Assembly (NCBI GenBank): GCA_022813965.1
Contig: JALDZS010000062.1
Coordinates: 1-64,000, forward strand
Length of the DNA stretch: 64,000 nt
From: Toensbergia leucococca
Taxonomy: Eukaryota
Direction of reading: 5' to 3'
Shown here: positions 26,897 through 40,595 of the stretch, piece after piece
How positions within the stretch are numbered: position 1 is the first letter of the stretch
How the letters are laid out: each line of letters starts with the position of its first letter
The notes under the pieces: generated by a model
Told to the model about the DNA's origin: nothing
Seen by the model: the letters and a program-made list of their open reading frames with translations, nothing else
The model's database searches: none
Position numbers and translations under genes: made by a program

Positions 26897-28759
26897 TTAC
26901 TGCTTGGTCGGGTTCATGGGTAAAAAATTACCCACAATAAGGGATGGGCTTTTAAGCATTAGATCTATCGACATCTTCGAGAGAAGGAAGACTTACATGT
27001 TGTGTGAATCTCGGCGGATAGTAAATGAGAAGCAGCAATATATCTCGGGATCTGCAGATTTGAGATCTGGATTCTTCAACGAACAGCTAGTCAAAATGGC
27101 TTTCTGAGAATTGTCGAAGGCAATGGCGCCGAATTTCTCCCAATAGCTTACAAGGTAATCTTCAACAACGATCTCGTGAATGGCCAACTTTCCCTGTACG
27201 AATCATGGTGAGTCTTAAATACATCGTTAGTAACAGCCGCGCAACTTACATCTCGGAGTTTCTCAATTGGCACATGAATTAATTGTGCCATCTCTTTATT
27301 CCCTCTGAAAATTTCGCCCGTTCTTCTCCAGCAACAAGCAGGTACTGCCATGCTAGCGAAAACCCGATCGTACTCCATCAGGCTTCTTTCGAACCACATT
27401 TCAACAAGAACAAGCTCAATGTCCGTTAGAGTCTGCATACATTCACGGAACTTTGGCCTGAATCTCTCCAACTGTCTCAGGATTTTCTGTCGTGACGCTG
27501 CTTCCATATGCTGGTCCATGTAGTGACTGAGACGAGCATAGCCCTTGACGTAATTGAAAGGTCGCAGCATTCCCGCATCGTATTTAGCTTTCAGGAGCTT
27601 GTTCATACGTTCCTCGGGAGTATCAGAGCCAGAAGGATCAGCTGCTGTCATATAGTACGTTTCTCGCGCTTTATCAAGGGGTATTACACTGGCTGGACGG
27701 GAAATATCACTGTCTTGGGCGCCAGCAACCAGTGATGGGCCTAGAAGATGGTTTTGCTGCTGGCTTGGAAGATACTGTCCACTACTACCATTGGCATTGG
27801 TCGCTGAGGTGTTGGTTAGTCCCTGGTCAGAGTATAGACCCTGAGTATCATCGTTGGAGAACATCGCTCCGTCGTCTAATAAGCTGGTACTGAGGAAATC
27901 GTTGAGAAGGTTGTATTCGTGCGTCACTTCTGGAGCATTGAACATGTAAGAAGGGTGAAATGTATGCATGTCCTGAAATTGGTTTTGATCTCCGAGACTC
28001 CAATCGCCGTAGCCCAAGACTGTGGCGTTGTAAGCATCGCATCAACACCTCTATGGTGATGTAGCATCACTTACATTGCTGAGTGCTGCCGCCGAGCCCA
28101 TGAACTTGAGGCCTGGGCATTGAAGACGGTCGGGTCAGGTGCGAGGGATTGGTCTGAGTATTTGTAGGCCCCGTCGCTGTACTTGTATTCAATCCGGTCT
28201 CCTGCAGTAGCTGCTGATCAACGGACGGAGGCATCCCGTTCGCCAGCTGTCCTTCCTGCTTGATGGTCGCTCCGTCGTTCTCCATGGCGTTCTCTCTCTC
28301 ACTTTTAGACCTTCTCACAGGCTCCCGTGGCTCACGCGGTTCATCATGGCATAGATGACCAATGTTACGTTTGACGCATCGTGTACATGGGCGCTCCTGA
28401 ATACCAGTGACTTGAACATCAGTACAAGGATCAGGCCTCGATGAACTTGGAGAGGCAGGTCTAACCTGATCGCAAGTCATATGCTATCAGGCACACAGCA
28501 CCATGCTTATCAGTCTTACGTCCACATGCTCGCCAAAACATGTCGTGTAGCATGGGAGTGCTGTGGCTCACCGAACGCCGGCAGTAGATACATGCTACAA
28601 GAAGATATGAGTATATGGAGCGACTTCCAGGTAACAGGCCATCTTTTCCTACCTACCATGATTCACCTTGCGACGCTTTTTCGGACTCGAATTGGTTCCA
28701 ATTTCTCCGCCCGAGGCAGAGTGCGGACTTTCATCCATGTCCATAGCATTTTCCGTCAT
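26897..28759 (-). CDS. acuM: Zn(II)2Cys6 + PAS-fold gluconeogenesis regulator AcuM/Rds2
   Basis: Spliced KKRRKVNHACIYCRRSHMTCDQERPCTRCVKRNIGHLCHDEPRE (microexons 28572-28594 and 28466-28483), YYMTAADP, LRPFNYVKGYARL and PACCWRRTGEIFRGNKEMA. Confidence 0.9.
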
Positions 28760-29354
28760 GTTATCCGGTCCTCCATCACCTTGTGCTGCTGCAGCGGCAC
28801 GCGACAGGATGGTAGTGGTTTGGGGGGGGAAATAAAGTCCTACTTCGGGGATGTGGAGAAAAGTCGGCATGCAATTAAGCGGCAGCCGTCCATTATAAAT
28901 CACTAGTTATTCACACCTAACTAAGCTGACAATAATTAATCTGAAACACAAGAAATCATTATTGTGCTGTTTCTTTGTAAAACAAACGGAGAGCCGCTCT
29001 TGATACTGACACTCCATCGCAGGACGGAAGTCATCCCTAGACTATAAGTTATGTACCCACCTTCCCACCCTCCTCCCCTGACTCGCAAGTTCTTCACCTG
29101 ACACAAGGTTTTCTTCCACATACGTATCTTAATTGCCATAGCCTGACAGGCTGCATGTAGAAATGATAATACAAACAACCGACAAATAATAGATATAGGT
29201 AGATATGGATAGCGATGTCCGTTCTCCGTCATACATCAAGATTCTTGGCAAATATTAGGATATGAGCCGCATTCCTCTACATAATAAATGAAACCCATCC
29301 TGCGGCTGCCAGAACCATGGCTTTCATGCAATCTACCATAGTGTCGAGCTCCAA

Positions 29355-30608
29355 CTAACGTAAGAACATTTCATCTAGACTGGACTTTGTTTGCAAAAGG
29401 CCAGCACTGAGTCCAGAGACCTGTTTAGAGTTGAAGTGCAAACTCTCTACGTGGCTCTGTAGTTGCCTTGCCAGTTGCACCAAATCTGAATCCAGATCTC
29501 GTTGCTACCCGTTCAATTCAGTCAGAAGAAACGAAAGCTCTCAACACAGCAGCATCGACCGACCTTCAATAACAAAGCCTGTCTCAGTTGTCCCTTTGCT
29601 AATCTGATGAGGACTTCCTTGCTCTCGTCGCCGAGATGTATAGGATCATCATGCTATGCCGATTAGTTAAGCCTCGCTATAAACTTGTCTGCAGGAATTG
29701 AAGTATCAACCTTTGTCTTTTGTTGCTTGCGCAGACTTTCTTCAATTTTGAGGTTCTTTCTCAGATCGTCAAGAATGGTCATCTCTTCTGTGAGAGCGTG
29801 CTCTTCACTTTCAATCTCTTTGTTAAGTAACGCCATTGAGTGGATGGCAGGTATCAACAGATGCTCAAGGTTTCGCTGAATTTGAATTAGCATTGATCTT
29901 CACCGACTACTACTAGAAAATATGTTCACTAGCATTATCACTTAGAAGGGCTTCATAATCAAAGTGCAAGTCTTTCGTGTCAGTGGGGAATGGCATTCGC
30001 GGTAGACGTTTTTCCAAGCTGTGCAATCGTGTTCAGAACTATTACTGGAGCTTGAGTCAAAGGTAGAGAGGGCTCACATTCTCTTGATTAAGCTAACAGC
30101 TACTTGCGTTTCAATACCTCGCCTCTCTTCTCGTTGACTATTGATCACTGGCCTTTGGATTGATCCGAGTAGCTCTTTCACTTTGTCCTGCGTGGAAGGC
30201 GGAAGAACAAGCCATTTGGATCGGATCACATTTTGTGGGACATATCGTAATCTTGGCTTGAGGGCTGCAAATCCTACGTGTATCGCGTCATCTGTAGGAT
30301 GTTAATGCTATTTCACCATCACCAATAGACCAGGTAAAATTTATTACTAGAATTGGTGGCGTTGGACCGCTCATTGACTTCCTGGAACAGAGAAGATCGA
30401 TGTCTAGGCCCATGTGATTTCTTTTGTAGCTGATCTTGAGATGAATTCGAGACGAGGGGGATTTGGGAAGAGCTAGTCTCCGAATGAGAGAAAAGGGAAC
30501 GTGCTGAGGTGGACTTGTGGCGTTTCCTGATTATGCTCTTCCTTCTAGCCTATTTCATGTCATTCAGGGAAGACTAGAAAGCTAGCAATCCTGAGGAGAG
30601 TATACCAT
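29355..30608 (-). CDS. Kinetochore CENP-Q (Fta7/Okp1-like) protein
   Basis: Spliced FAALKPRLRYVPQNVIRSKW, LEKRLPRMPFPTDTKDLHFDYEALL, coiled coil LEHLLIPAIHSMALLNKEIESEE and QLQSHVESL. MCB boxes upstream. Start codon inferred. Confidence 0.75.
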
Positions 30609-30739
30609 CGTTACTTGTAAATTTGACACCTCAGAAAGAGACGTTGCTTGCCCAACTCTTTTCGTAAGTCAAGATTAGGAGGGCATTGACCACTGAGCGT
30701 TAAGTAATCGAGGAACAAACTTCGACCTATCAACGTTTT

Positions 30740-30767
30740 ACGCGATTTAGAATGCGCCGTTACGCGT
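30740..30767. promoter_or_regulatory. MCB-like (MBF) G1/S elements upstream of the CENP-Q gene
   Basis: ACGCGA at 30740 and ACGCGT at 30762, ~130-160 bp upstream of the inferred start. Confidence 0.5.
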
Positions 30768-30970
30768 CTCGTATCTAGGTATAAAACCATCGCTTAGGTA
30801 CTTATCGTCTTAAATTTACATACTAATAGGGGGAAATGAGTCTTAAAGCTAAGGACTTCTCTTGCAATCCTGAAGTATTGACTCATGAAACACCGTAATT
30901 GCTATAAGACTTGTTGGAAGACTGTCTACGAAGTCTTGCCAGGGTATCGTTGAAAAACATATCCCTTATG

Positions 30971-32455
30971 CTAATAAGAGGTCCTGTGATCAAATTCGGC
31001 GAGTTGATCTTTTAGTCTCTCGTTACCTCGAACGAGCTCTTCAAGCCAATCCGCGGCCAGCGCCAACATTGCGCTTTTGCTATAACTACCACCCTTAAGC
31101 TCCGGTACCAGTCCACAGAGGTCGTCAAACCCCTGTTTGATTAGATTCCTTCTTTTCTGCTCGGAAAGGATATGGTTCGATCGCTTCTGCTCCTCGGTAA
31201 GGTTCTCTCGGTTAGATTTTTGCTCTCCAGACTGAGATTCTCCGCTTTTTAGTGAAATATTTTCTACTGAACATCTTTGAGCCTGTGCACTTTTCTTTGT
31301 TGAGGAAAACTTGCCTCGTTTGGATTGAACCCTGTGAGCTGCATATTGATCATCCGGATCTTCCTCTTTTACCTTTCCTTTTCGTCGTTTCCTCGGCCTT
31401 GAATCTAATGATCTTTGCAATGCTGTATCTTCGTCGCCGTCCTCAGTCTGGTTCATCATCATGTTGGGCTGGTGGAATTCATCGTGATTTACGTCACCGA
31501 ATCCTATTCGTCTCTTCAAAAACGGGCTCGGAGGACGAGTATTCGCAGCACTCTCTTGAGGCTCTAGACATTCCATGTTGTGCAGGATTGTCCTCGTCAC
31601 GTTCTCTACAGTTTCTTGGTGCGGCGGAGCAACAAAACCAGGGCCCAAGAAAGCGGCATCTGACCCCCAGCGTATGTCTTGTGCTTGTGCTTTCATTGAA
31701 CTTAGTTGCATCATGTCTCGTGGCGATTTTTCGTAGTACATGTGAGGCAGCACGGTCGGCCCGTTCATCAGACTAGGATCTTGCTGCAGCCATGAAAGGG
31801 CAGGACTCCTAAAGGTAGGCATCATCTCAGGAAAAGGTTCTGAGGTAACAATTTTGGATGAGCGATCTCTGGGGAACATGTCTCGTGAGTGATGGGTATA
31901 TTCTTGGCTTCTTGGGGCATAAAAGTCTTGCAGATCAAATTGTCCTTCGACGTGACCGTTGTTAAACAAGGTTGAGGCGGCTTCCAGAATCTCAGCGGAA
32001 GTCACTATAGGGTTGAGAGATGGGTCATATTCTAAGTCTTGAGTAGGGCTGTAGGGAACATTTGGATATGGACGTGATAAGATTGTGCCTTCGTTTCCCG
32101 CCTGTGAGAAATTCATGTTTGAGCCATTGTACGTATTTAGGGGTTCTTCCGTCCAGAAATCGTGATGGGCGGGAATTTTCATCTGATTCGGTCCGTCTAG
32201 AAGGTAGTTGTTGTCATCTACCGGACCGCCATCCATCGTGTTGAAGAAAGTGTGGAGCATGTGAGCCTCGCTGACATCTAGGATTGCACGCCCTGGAGCT
32301 GGTGTTGGAGGCGGTAGATTGGGCAGGTCCTGGATACTGTCCTGGAAACTTTGGAATGAGTCTGAGATCTGAGTCAGGAACGGCTAGCCTATGATGAATC
32401 TCAAAGACTTACATCCAAAGGGCATCTGCGGAGAGGACGACCTTGTCCTATCCAT
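30971..32455 (-). CDS. bHLH transcription factor (INO4-like)
   Basis: C-terminal RENLTEEQKRSNHILSEQKRRNLIKQGFDDLCGLVPELKGGSYSKSAML; short first exon MDRTRSSSPQMPFG spliced to PTPAPGRAILD...HTFF. Confidence 0.85.
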
Positions 32456-33471
32456 TTGGCATGCACACTCTGTGAAATCCAAACATGCTACTCCGGGTCT
32501 AGGACAACTAGGTCTCTCTGGCCGCGGTGATGTAGACCCGGTATGCGACCAACGGATCTCGATGTAGCAAGGATCATGTTATATCTTTCTGTCTTGCTGG
32601 TTTAGTGGCGACGACGACGGAGACGTTGCCCGAAACAGGAGCGCCTTCGATCCAAGTATGGTTCTTAGATGATGACCTTTCTTTATGTGTGTCTCTATGC
32701 CGCTGGCGTGATTCGCCTTCTCGGAGACTTGAGGGCTAGAGGCCAAGTGTGGAGTTGTGAAGCTGGTGACGTTAGTGGGGTAAAGAACGAAGGGTGGACG
32801 AATAGCGTATTACCTTGGTATTTGATTTGGAAGAGGCTGATGATAATTATATTCCGGTGCCATATACGGTTGTCCCAACAGTCGAGTCAACTTTTGTGAT
32901 GTTGTACTAGGTTCGTAGGAGGTAGTAGACTTTCACATGCCAAAGGCCTGCGTACCTGTTCTAGCCTCTGCGCACGGACCTGGCCATCTTGCTTCGGATG
33001 AATTTCTTCGTTCCAGTATTCAACGTCTACTCTAGGGAATCGTATGAAGTAAGAAGGCAACAAGAAGACAAGAATCGAAAGACTAAACAGACACTGCCAA
33101 TCTTTCCGACTCATGACGGGTATACTACCTCTCAACTCGCTCATCTACCCCACATAACCCTCGATCAGTCTCACTGATCTCGATAAACATCTACTTCTCT
33201 GCTTACCTAGCACGTACCGACCCAGACAGAGTGTGTTGCGGGCCCTGCAGAAATCAAACCACTCGAATCTTCTTGATTGTCTGTCTCTGCATACCTTATA
33301 GTACCAACTCCGGACGAGGCGTAAGTTCACAGGTATCAACCAAAGACTGCCAGTGCCCAGCCATCAAGCATCCCTGCTATGACGTTCCTCCATATTACCA
33401 GGGACGCCGACGGCCTCTAAGCCGTGAGCGTACAAGCCTAGAGCGAGTATCGCACCCTAAAGAAACCCAAT

Positions 33472-35262
33472 ATGGCCCTGGATATATTTCACCCAGTTCG
33501 TCAGCTTCGACCAAATACTTTTCACTTGAAACCGTAAGTTGAGTCACACCATTGAATCCTAAATAATTGCGAGAGATTGAGACACCAAAGTCTGTAATGC
33601 TGACTTGGTACAGTCTTTTTCGCGCTTACGTGCTTGCTTTCGCAATTACTACAAGTCCACGACTACTGAATCTTATTCTTTCGTCTTCCAAGAGGAGGCT
33701 GGGAATACGTCATTTAATTGCATTTGTGGGTCACCTGCACTCTGTATCCTACTCGTTTATGAGATTGAGGAACTCGATTCTTGGCAATACAAATACAAGA
33801 CACTGGTTGATGGTCAGGTGCATAATCACTTCGTTTCTACTTGTCATAGATGCATTGCTTAGACCCTTGCTAACACGTTCGTCTCCACAAGGTGTATCGA
33901 ACTCTAACAGAATCGCTGGCCAGCAATGGCTTCCCTGCTTTCTGTGGAATTTTGGTGGGAGGCTATACATTGTTACAATTACCTATAAGATTCATGTCCC
34001 TATCTGCTACAACCTTATTGAATGTCAAAAGATGGGATGCTTGCCAGGGAGCTCACGAAATTTTATGTCGCTTTGCAGCGGCGTTCGTAGCCTCATGGTT
34101 CAGTTTGCATTTATTGAATACAACGAAACGACACAATGCAGAGGGAAAGGCCTTCTCTGCGCATCAAGAGCTAGTCTCAGACACCAACAAATCAGATGAA
34201 ACTCCGGCGCACGTAGATCTCACCAGTGCTCAGAGAGCTTCTACTACAATGGTGGGTAGAACAATGGATCTTACTCTTTTCGCGCTAGTCCGAGCTCTAG
34301 AATCCGTGGTTTTCAATATCTGGACTCGTCACAGGACTTCTCGAATCGCCAGGAAAAGATGGACAATCGTCGAGGTCACGATTTCTCGTCTGGCGGACGC
34401 TGGTATATTCGCTTTCAGTGCCGGTGTCGTGATGTGGGCTTGGTTTTACATCCCAGATAGATTGCCCCGAGCTTACAACAGATGGATACGAGATGCCGCT
34501 CAAGTTGATCAACGCCTTGTTGAGGCTCTACGCAGGGCTCGGTGGGGCGATTTCGTGTACGGATACGATACCGGCCAAGCGCCATTACTAGAAAGCATGT
34601 GCACAGAATATGGTTGGCCACTAATCTGGGGCAATCCTGCGAAGACGATCCCAATACCTTGCGAGATGGTACATATGGGTACTGGTCCGTCCTGCCATTG
34701 GCATGCAGCGATCAGATTTGCTAGAACTCTCAAATTTGCACTAGCGACTAATCTGCCGCTTCAGTTATTGGTAAAGGGGTGGAATCCCTCGTACAAAGCG
34801 TTTCGGCAAGCCGTGATAGATGCGTTACGCTCATCAGCCTTCTTGGGTGCATTTGCTGGTGCTTTCTATTACTCTGTCTGCCTCTCTCGCACCACCGTCG
34901 GCCCGAGAATCTTTAGCACAGATCGGATTACGCCATTGATGTGGGACTCAGGTCTTTGCGTTGGTACAGGTTGTGCGATGTGCGGTTGGAGTATCCTAAT
35001 CGAATCAGAGAAGAGGCGGCAGGAGATAGCCTTCTTTGTTGCTCCTAGAGCTCTTGCAACCATTTTTCCAAGACGATATGAGAAAAAGGTTGGCTGCTCC
35101 TATGTAGACCCATTGCAAGGCTGACCAAAGCATCAATAGTATTTCTGGAGAGAAAAAGTAGTGTTTTCCTCGAGTACTGCGGTGCTGTTTTGCCTTGCTC
35201 ATAACAACCCAGCAAGAATTCGGGGCATACTTGGACGGGTGTTACACAAAATATTAGAGTAA
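33472..35262 (+). CDS. TMEM135-like integral membrane protein
   Basis: PLFRAYVLAFA, GRTMDLTLFALVRALE, MWAWFYIPDRLPRAYNRWI, IPCEMVH, RSSAFLGAF and EKRRQEIAFFVAPRAL; 3 introns. Confidence 0.75.
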
Positions 35263-35780
35263 TTGATGGGATACCACATATTGAATAGGCCAGAACTTTT
35301 GGTACACTGTGCTACTACCTTAGTACCTAAATGATCTGACCTTTGCTTCCGGGTTCAGCTTGATATCAAACCCAGGACTGCTGTGTATACTTCAAGAAGA
35401 GACTAATATGACTGTCATTTCTGAAGCTTCTTCTCTTTTTTGCTTGTGAAAGAGGAGCAGATTACTCCCAAGGTAAGGTACGGAGTAAGGTATACGCTGG
35501 CGGAGCTAAACCAGCTTTTAGTTAAGAGGTAAGTACCGATAAAGTAATGAAAGAAGTGCAGCGAGGGTGTGCTTGAGCTGGCCTGAAGTGGAGTAGTCTA
35601 CCTTAAGTAGGACTTCAGATTACCTTACTCGAGTACTCCTTCATCAAGTGAAATAGGCGAGGTCCGAGGGTCCGCGACTTCGACGCTACCTAGATATGGA
35701 GTACCTAGTACCTACCTAAGGTACCTACTCGCTAGTCGCTTTGCTCGCTGCATTTACGAACAATCCTACGGAGTACAAAA

Positions 35781-36731
35781 ATGCTGAAATCAGCATCCTC
35801 AATTTTTGAGAGATTTCCTCACTCTCAGCCGTGGACCTACCCGTCCTGTGCTAGAGTGCGGCGGTACAGAATCGTAGAATTACCCAAGATATTCCTGCAA
35901 CGAGGCCTGGTCACAGTTACCAAGACTTCGAGGCAAAAAGTCGCCCCATCAATGGAACAATTAAGAGAGCCTTTCTCCAACAGAAACACATCAACGCTGT
36001 GAGTGCAGGCTTTGCCAAATCGCTGCCACTCTCTGATAGCTGTAGCTATTACGCCTTGAGCATTATTCTTGGAACCGTAGCGGTTTCATATTCATCAGTG
36101 CCAATGTACAAAATGGTTTGTTGAGAGTCTGCCTGTCAAGTCGGTACTACGCTGATATTGGTCTTCCAAGATATGCCAGCAGACTGGCTGGGGGGGTCAA
36201 CCGATCAAAGCTTCTGTTCATTCTTCTGCAGAAGATCCTGCCTCGCGTTTGCAGCCGGTGACATCGTCCCGCCGCCTGCGTATTACTTTCAATGGATCAG
36301 TGTCGGACGTTATGCCATGGAAGTTCACTCCTCAACAACGGGAAGTTCGAGTTTTACCAGGAGAAACTGCCCTCGCATTTTATACAGCAACCAATAAAAG
36401 CGATGAAGACATTATCGGCGTTGCAACCTATAGCGTCACCCCTGGACAAGTAGCGCCATATTTTAGTAAAATACAATGTTTCTGCTTCGAGGAACAAAGA
36501 CTTAACGCACGGGAGACCGTTGATATGCCAGTGTTCTTCTTCATCGACCCAGACTTCGTCAACGATCCTACAATGAACAAGATCGATACAATTACGCTGT
36601 CATACACTTTCTTCAGTACGTTTGATGTCATTCAGTACACCTCTATCTCTTTCTACAAACTAAATGCATACACAGAAGCTCGATACGACAAGAATGGAAA
36701 CCTAACAGCCATGCCGATGGCAATGGGATGA
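35781..36731 (+). CDS. COX11: Cytochrome c oxidase assembly protein Cox11 (CtaG)
   Basis: SVPMYKMICQQTGWGG, PWKFTPQQREVRVLPGETALAFY and YFSKIQCFCFEEQRL. Confidence 0.96.
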
Positions 36732-36779
36732 CCTGAACAGACGCCGGCTGGGCATTCCAGCGCGAGTGTCTTTTGAATA

Positions 36780-37229
36780 CTGAACAAATTGACATATAAG
36801 AAATTCGTTGATCGAATGATACTACTCAACTATAAGATATGGTTCTAAATCATACTTTTGCGACTGTGGGACTTTTGGTCTATAAGGTAGTAATGGGTAG
36901 AATATTCCCTATTCTTCCTTCCTTCACTTCATATCCACTGTTTAAGAAATCTGCATCAGTCAGAATGATTGGGGCGAGGGCTTTACTTGATAAAAACCAT
37001 GTAGAATAGGTCTGTACATACTCTTTGATTGATGAGAAGCATGTAGGGGAGTCATTAAAGCAAATGTGAATAATGAAAAAAAGTGAATGATGTATGAAAT
37101 TTTATTCAGGTCCTCATATAAGATAGGCTCAGTCATATAAGATTATCCTGCTTATAAGACATGGTTCTAATTGGCTACAAAACGTCGACTTCAATTATAA
37201 GCCCCCTGTCTTATATGACAATTTTTTGG
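36780..37229. mobile_element. Putative degenerate MITE / non-autonomous Tc1-mariner-type element (~450 bp)
   Basis: Left end TA|CTGAACAAATTGACATATAAGA versus reverse complement of right end TA|CCAAAAAATTGTCATATAAGA. Repeated internal TATAAG motifs; 18-bp repeat TATAAGA(T/C)ATGGTTCTAA at ~36831 and ~37153; AT-rich and non-coding. Confidence 0.5.
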
Positions 37230-37463
37230 TACATCTCATTTCGCTTGCTGCAATAAATACTCAAAATCATCAATTGTTGAAGAAAGGTGACTGTGAGTCT
37301 GTGACGTACAAAGCCTCAATAATGCTGCAAAGTCACAGACCTCACACTTTGAATTGAGTAACAGAGATGGGTACTAGTAGCTTCATGTAACATTGAGCTA
37401 TTTGAGGATTTGCATGGGTGATGCACGTGCCCTGCAATTAGAATAATTCAAGAAACGAAATGG

Positions 37464-37486
37464 ACGCGTAAAAAATCGCAACGCGA
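37464..37486. promoter_or_regulatory. MCB (MBF) elements upstream of RFC5
   Basis: ACGCGT at 37464 and ACGCGA at 37481, immediately upstream of a DNA replication gene. Confidence 0.6.
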
Positions 37487-37502
37487 TCTTTGACCTACCG
37501 TC

Positions 37503-38834
37503 ATGGCTTTGCTCGTCGACAAACATCGCCCTCGGTCGCTAGAGACTTTATCATATCACAAAGATCTGTCGGAGCGGCTGAAGAGCCTGGTAAAATATCT
37601 TCAATTTCATTTTTCACATTACTGACCCGTCCCCGTAGGCCCAAAGCGGTGACTTCCCACATCTATTGGTATATGGTCCTTCAGGCTCGGGGCGCAAAAC
37701 TCGTGTCGTCGCAACACTGAAGGAGCTCTACGGACCTGGTGTGGAGAAGATCAAGATTGACTCTCGCATGTTCCAGACGACATCAAATCGCAAGCTTGAG
37801 TTCAATATCGTGGCATCCGTATATCACCTTGAAATAACGCCTTCAGATGTCGGCAACTTCGACAGGGTCGTAATCCAAGACCTATTGAAGGAGGTGGCCC
37901 AGACCCAACAAGTTGATCAATCAGCACGGCAGCGTTTCAAGGTTGTAGTGATTAATGAGGCTGACCATTTAACGCGAGATGCACAGGCGGCTTTAAGAAG
38001 GACCATGGAAAAATACAGTCCGAATCTAAGGTTGATATTACTGGCAAATAGCACTGCCAACATTATTGCCCCAATCCGCTCGAGGACACTACTGATTAGA
38101 GTCGCGGCACCATCAGAGGCTGAGATATGCCAAGTACTCAAGAAAGTTGGAACCTTGGAAGGATGGCCTGGAGCAGACGGACTGAATCGTAGAATCGCGA
38201 AAGATAGCGGGAGGAACCTAAGGCGTGCATTGCTCATGTTTGAAGCTGTTCATGCCCAAAAGTACGGAAGATCACCCTTAGTTGGTGGATTAGGATTGCT
38301 AATACATGATCAACAGTGAAAAGGTTAACGATAAAACAGATGTTCCTCCACCGGACTGGGAGGCTCTTATAGATCAAGTCGCCGACGACATAATCAAAGA
38401 GCATACCCCGGAGAGGATATTGGAGGCTCGCTCAAAACTCTATGACCTGCTCAGTCATTGCATACCGCCCACGACTATTTTAAAAGTCATTTTGCCTTAC
38501 AATTACCCCTTGTTGACTGAGCTAAAGGCTGATCTGTACTCAGACCCTGACATTCAAACTTATACCAAGGATCGATGATGCATTGAAGGCAGACGTCGTT
38601 AGATGGTCAGCTTTCTACGAGCATCGGATACGTATGGGTAGTGTGAGTTACCCGTGTAGATTGTCAATACGAGCATGACAATTAACACAGTTCTCAGAAA
38701 CATATTTTTCACCTCGAAGCATTTGTTGCGAAGTTTATGAGGATTATGGAAAGGTAAGAATCGACTCTTGACCAAAGTTTGATAAAATTGGAGCTGACAG
38801 CCAGAAAAGCTATCTTATGGGTATGGACTTCTGA
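37503..38834 (+). CDS. RFC5: Replication factor C small subunit (yeast Rfc5 / human RFC3 ortholog)
   Basis: MALLVDKHRPRSL, GDFPHLLVYGPSGSGRKT, FKVVVINEADHLTRDAQAALRRTMEKY and IFHLEAFVAKFM. Confidence 0.96.
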
Positions 38835-39135
38835 GGTTGCATCGCTCTACAAACAGTTCATTAGGCTTGGTGCAAGAAATGTTGGGATGAAGGGGACTCT
38901 GTGCTAGCCTACGTCATTTTTGTCTGGGCAATACATAGGTACCGTAGATCGTAAGAGTACCTCACCCATTCATCACCTTCGACACTCAAAAAGAAATTCA
39001 TATTTTCGATCGATTTGATCAATCACGTTGTGGAAGGTACAAAATGTCTTCGGGCCTTATGGACACTGAGCCAGGCGGCGAGAGTACCCAGTAATTATTA
39101 TCCCAGACCTAGCTTGGTACCTTCTAGGTTGATTT

Positions 39136-39583
39136 ATGCCTACAGGTATGAGTCTATACAGACTGTGACTAAACCCCATGAGAAACAGGGTGGCCAAATG
39201 GGTGGTGAGTGGCCAGTCCACCTGGCAATTGCCTCCAAGCGCCGAAACTCATAATGTCTTTGCAGAAATGCAGATACAGCCAGGCACCGCAGGCTTGCAG
39301 CAACAACAAGAAGAAAAGGCTGGGAGGACGGAGAAAACGGCAGAGAACGCGAGATACGGACAGGCCATATCCGAACAAGGATTTGGCGGTGAGACGACTG
39401 GAAATAGTGGGAGTGCGAATCAAGGTAAGCGCCACCTTCAGTATGAAGTGTTCGGGCTCGATGGATGTTGATATGCCTCATTTAGACGGATTTGGGGCCA
39501 CTGAGTTGCAGTCAGATAAGGGAGATACTGAGCAGAGCAGGAAGTCACAGGGCTATGGAGGAGGATCCGGAGTTGGCGCCTAG
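39136..39583 (+). CDS. Small Gly/Gln/Glu-rich hydrophilic protein (~90 aa), function unknown
   Basis: Two GT-AG introns (39146-39265 and ~39425-39485) join MPTE-MQIQPG...EKTAENARYGQAISEQGFGGETTGNSGSANQ-DGFGATE...QGYGGGSGVGA* in frame. Confidence 0.65.
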
Positions 39584-39688
39584 ACTTGACTTGACTTGAC
39601 GGTCACAGGATTTCCGGTAGGTACACAAATTATGAACAAGAACTTTTGACATTGAGGGCCACAGAAGAATGTAAATCAAGTATGCTGT

Positions 39689-40494
39689 TCAAGAGTCTGC
39701 GGCAGGCAAATAAGCGGTCGTTCCCTCACTTGGAAGCTTCAAGCGTGGCCTTTTCATGTCCTCTAATGCCAGTCCTTGATCAAGCTTCGTGATCCCCATG
39801 ACTGGGGGGTCTCCCTTCTTCACAAATTCATAGAGCCCTACAGCAGATGCTGGTAAGCTAGTCTGCAAGTAAAATTGCGCGGTATTGTCTTACCAGGCAT
39901 CTTGTTTGCTGCTAGTCGGAAAGCGTCCCTCACAACCTGTTCATGTAGATCCCCTTTCAGCTCAAAGATGATCTTGCTGACAGCTACCCTGCTGGCCCAG
40001 TAGTCGAAATTGCCCTTTCCCTTGCCCATACGATTCTCGTTACCACTTGTATAAACGCCAATATTGGCACAGATTCGGGTGTACATGCGGTATCGAAGAC
40101 CCCTTAATCGCTTTTTGATAGCATCAGCCCCGTTGGACATCTGTGCAGCAGACACACGGCGATCATGGTCTCTCATTCGAAGACCGTAATCTCCCCACAC
40201 CACTGTCGTGCCCCGCGTACTACCTCCGATAGGCACTCTAGGACGGCCTTTTCTATTTTTCTGATTATGGCCCCGTTTTGGCGCAAGCCAGCTCTGCCGA
40301 GCACTACTTGCAGAAAATGCCCGATGAATGGAGAAATGATTATTGAGGGTGTGACCTTGAGATCCGATCAACAATCGCATGAAAACCAGTCAGTAGAAGC
40401 TCCGGGGTAGGAGAAACTCACGGAGAAAGGGTGATATTAGACGGGGTATGAAGAGGGTAGGAGATACAATCGCAGGCGATATTCGAGGTTTCAT
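39689..40494 (-). CDS. MRPL16: Mitochondrial ribosomal protein uL16m
   Basis: KGRPRVPIGGSTRGTTVVWGDYGLRM, RMGKGKGNFDYWA and DAFRLAANKMPG-LYEFVKKGDPP. Confidence 0.95.
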
Positions 40495-40595
40495 GGTATT
40501 GTGATGGAAACCAATGTCATCTATACTCCGTAGGAATAAAATGTTCCATATCAGCTGCACATGGTGCTAATTACGAGTACCATGAGGCTAGTGTT

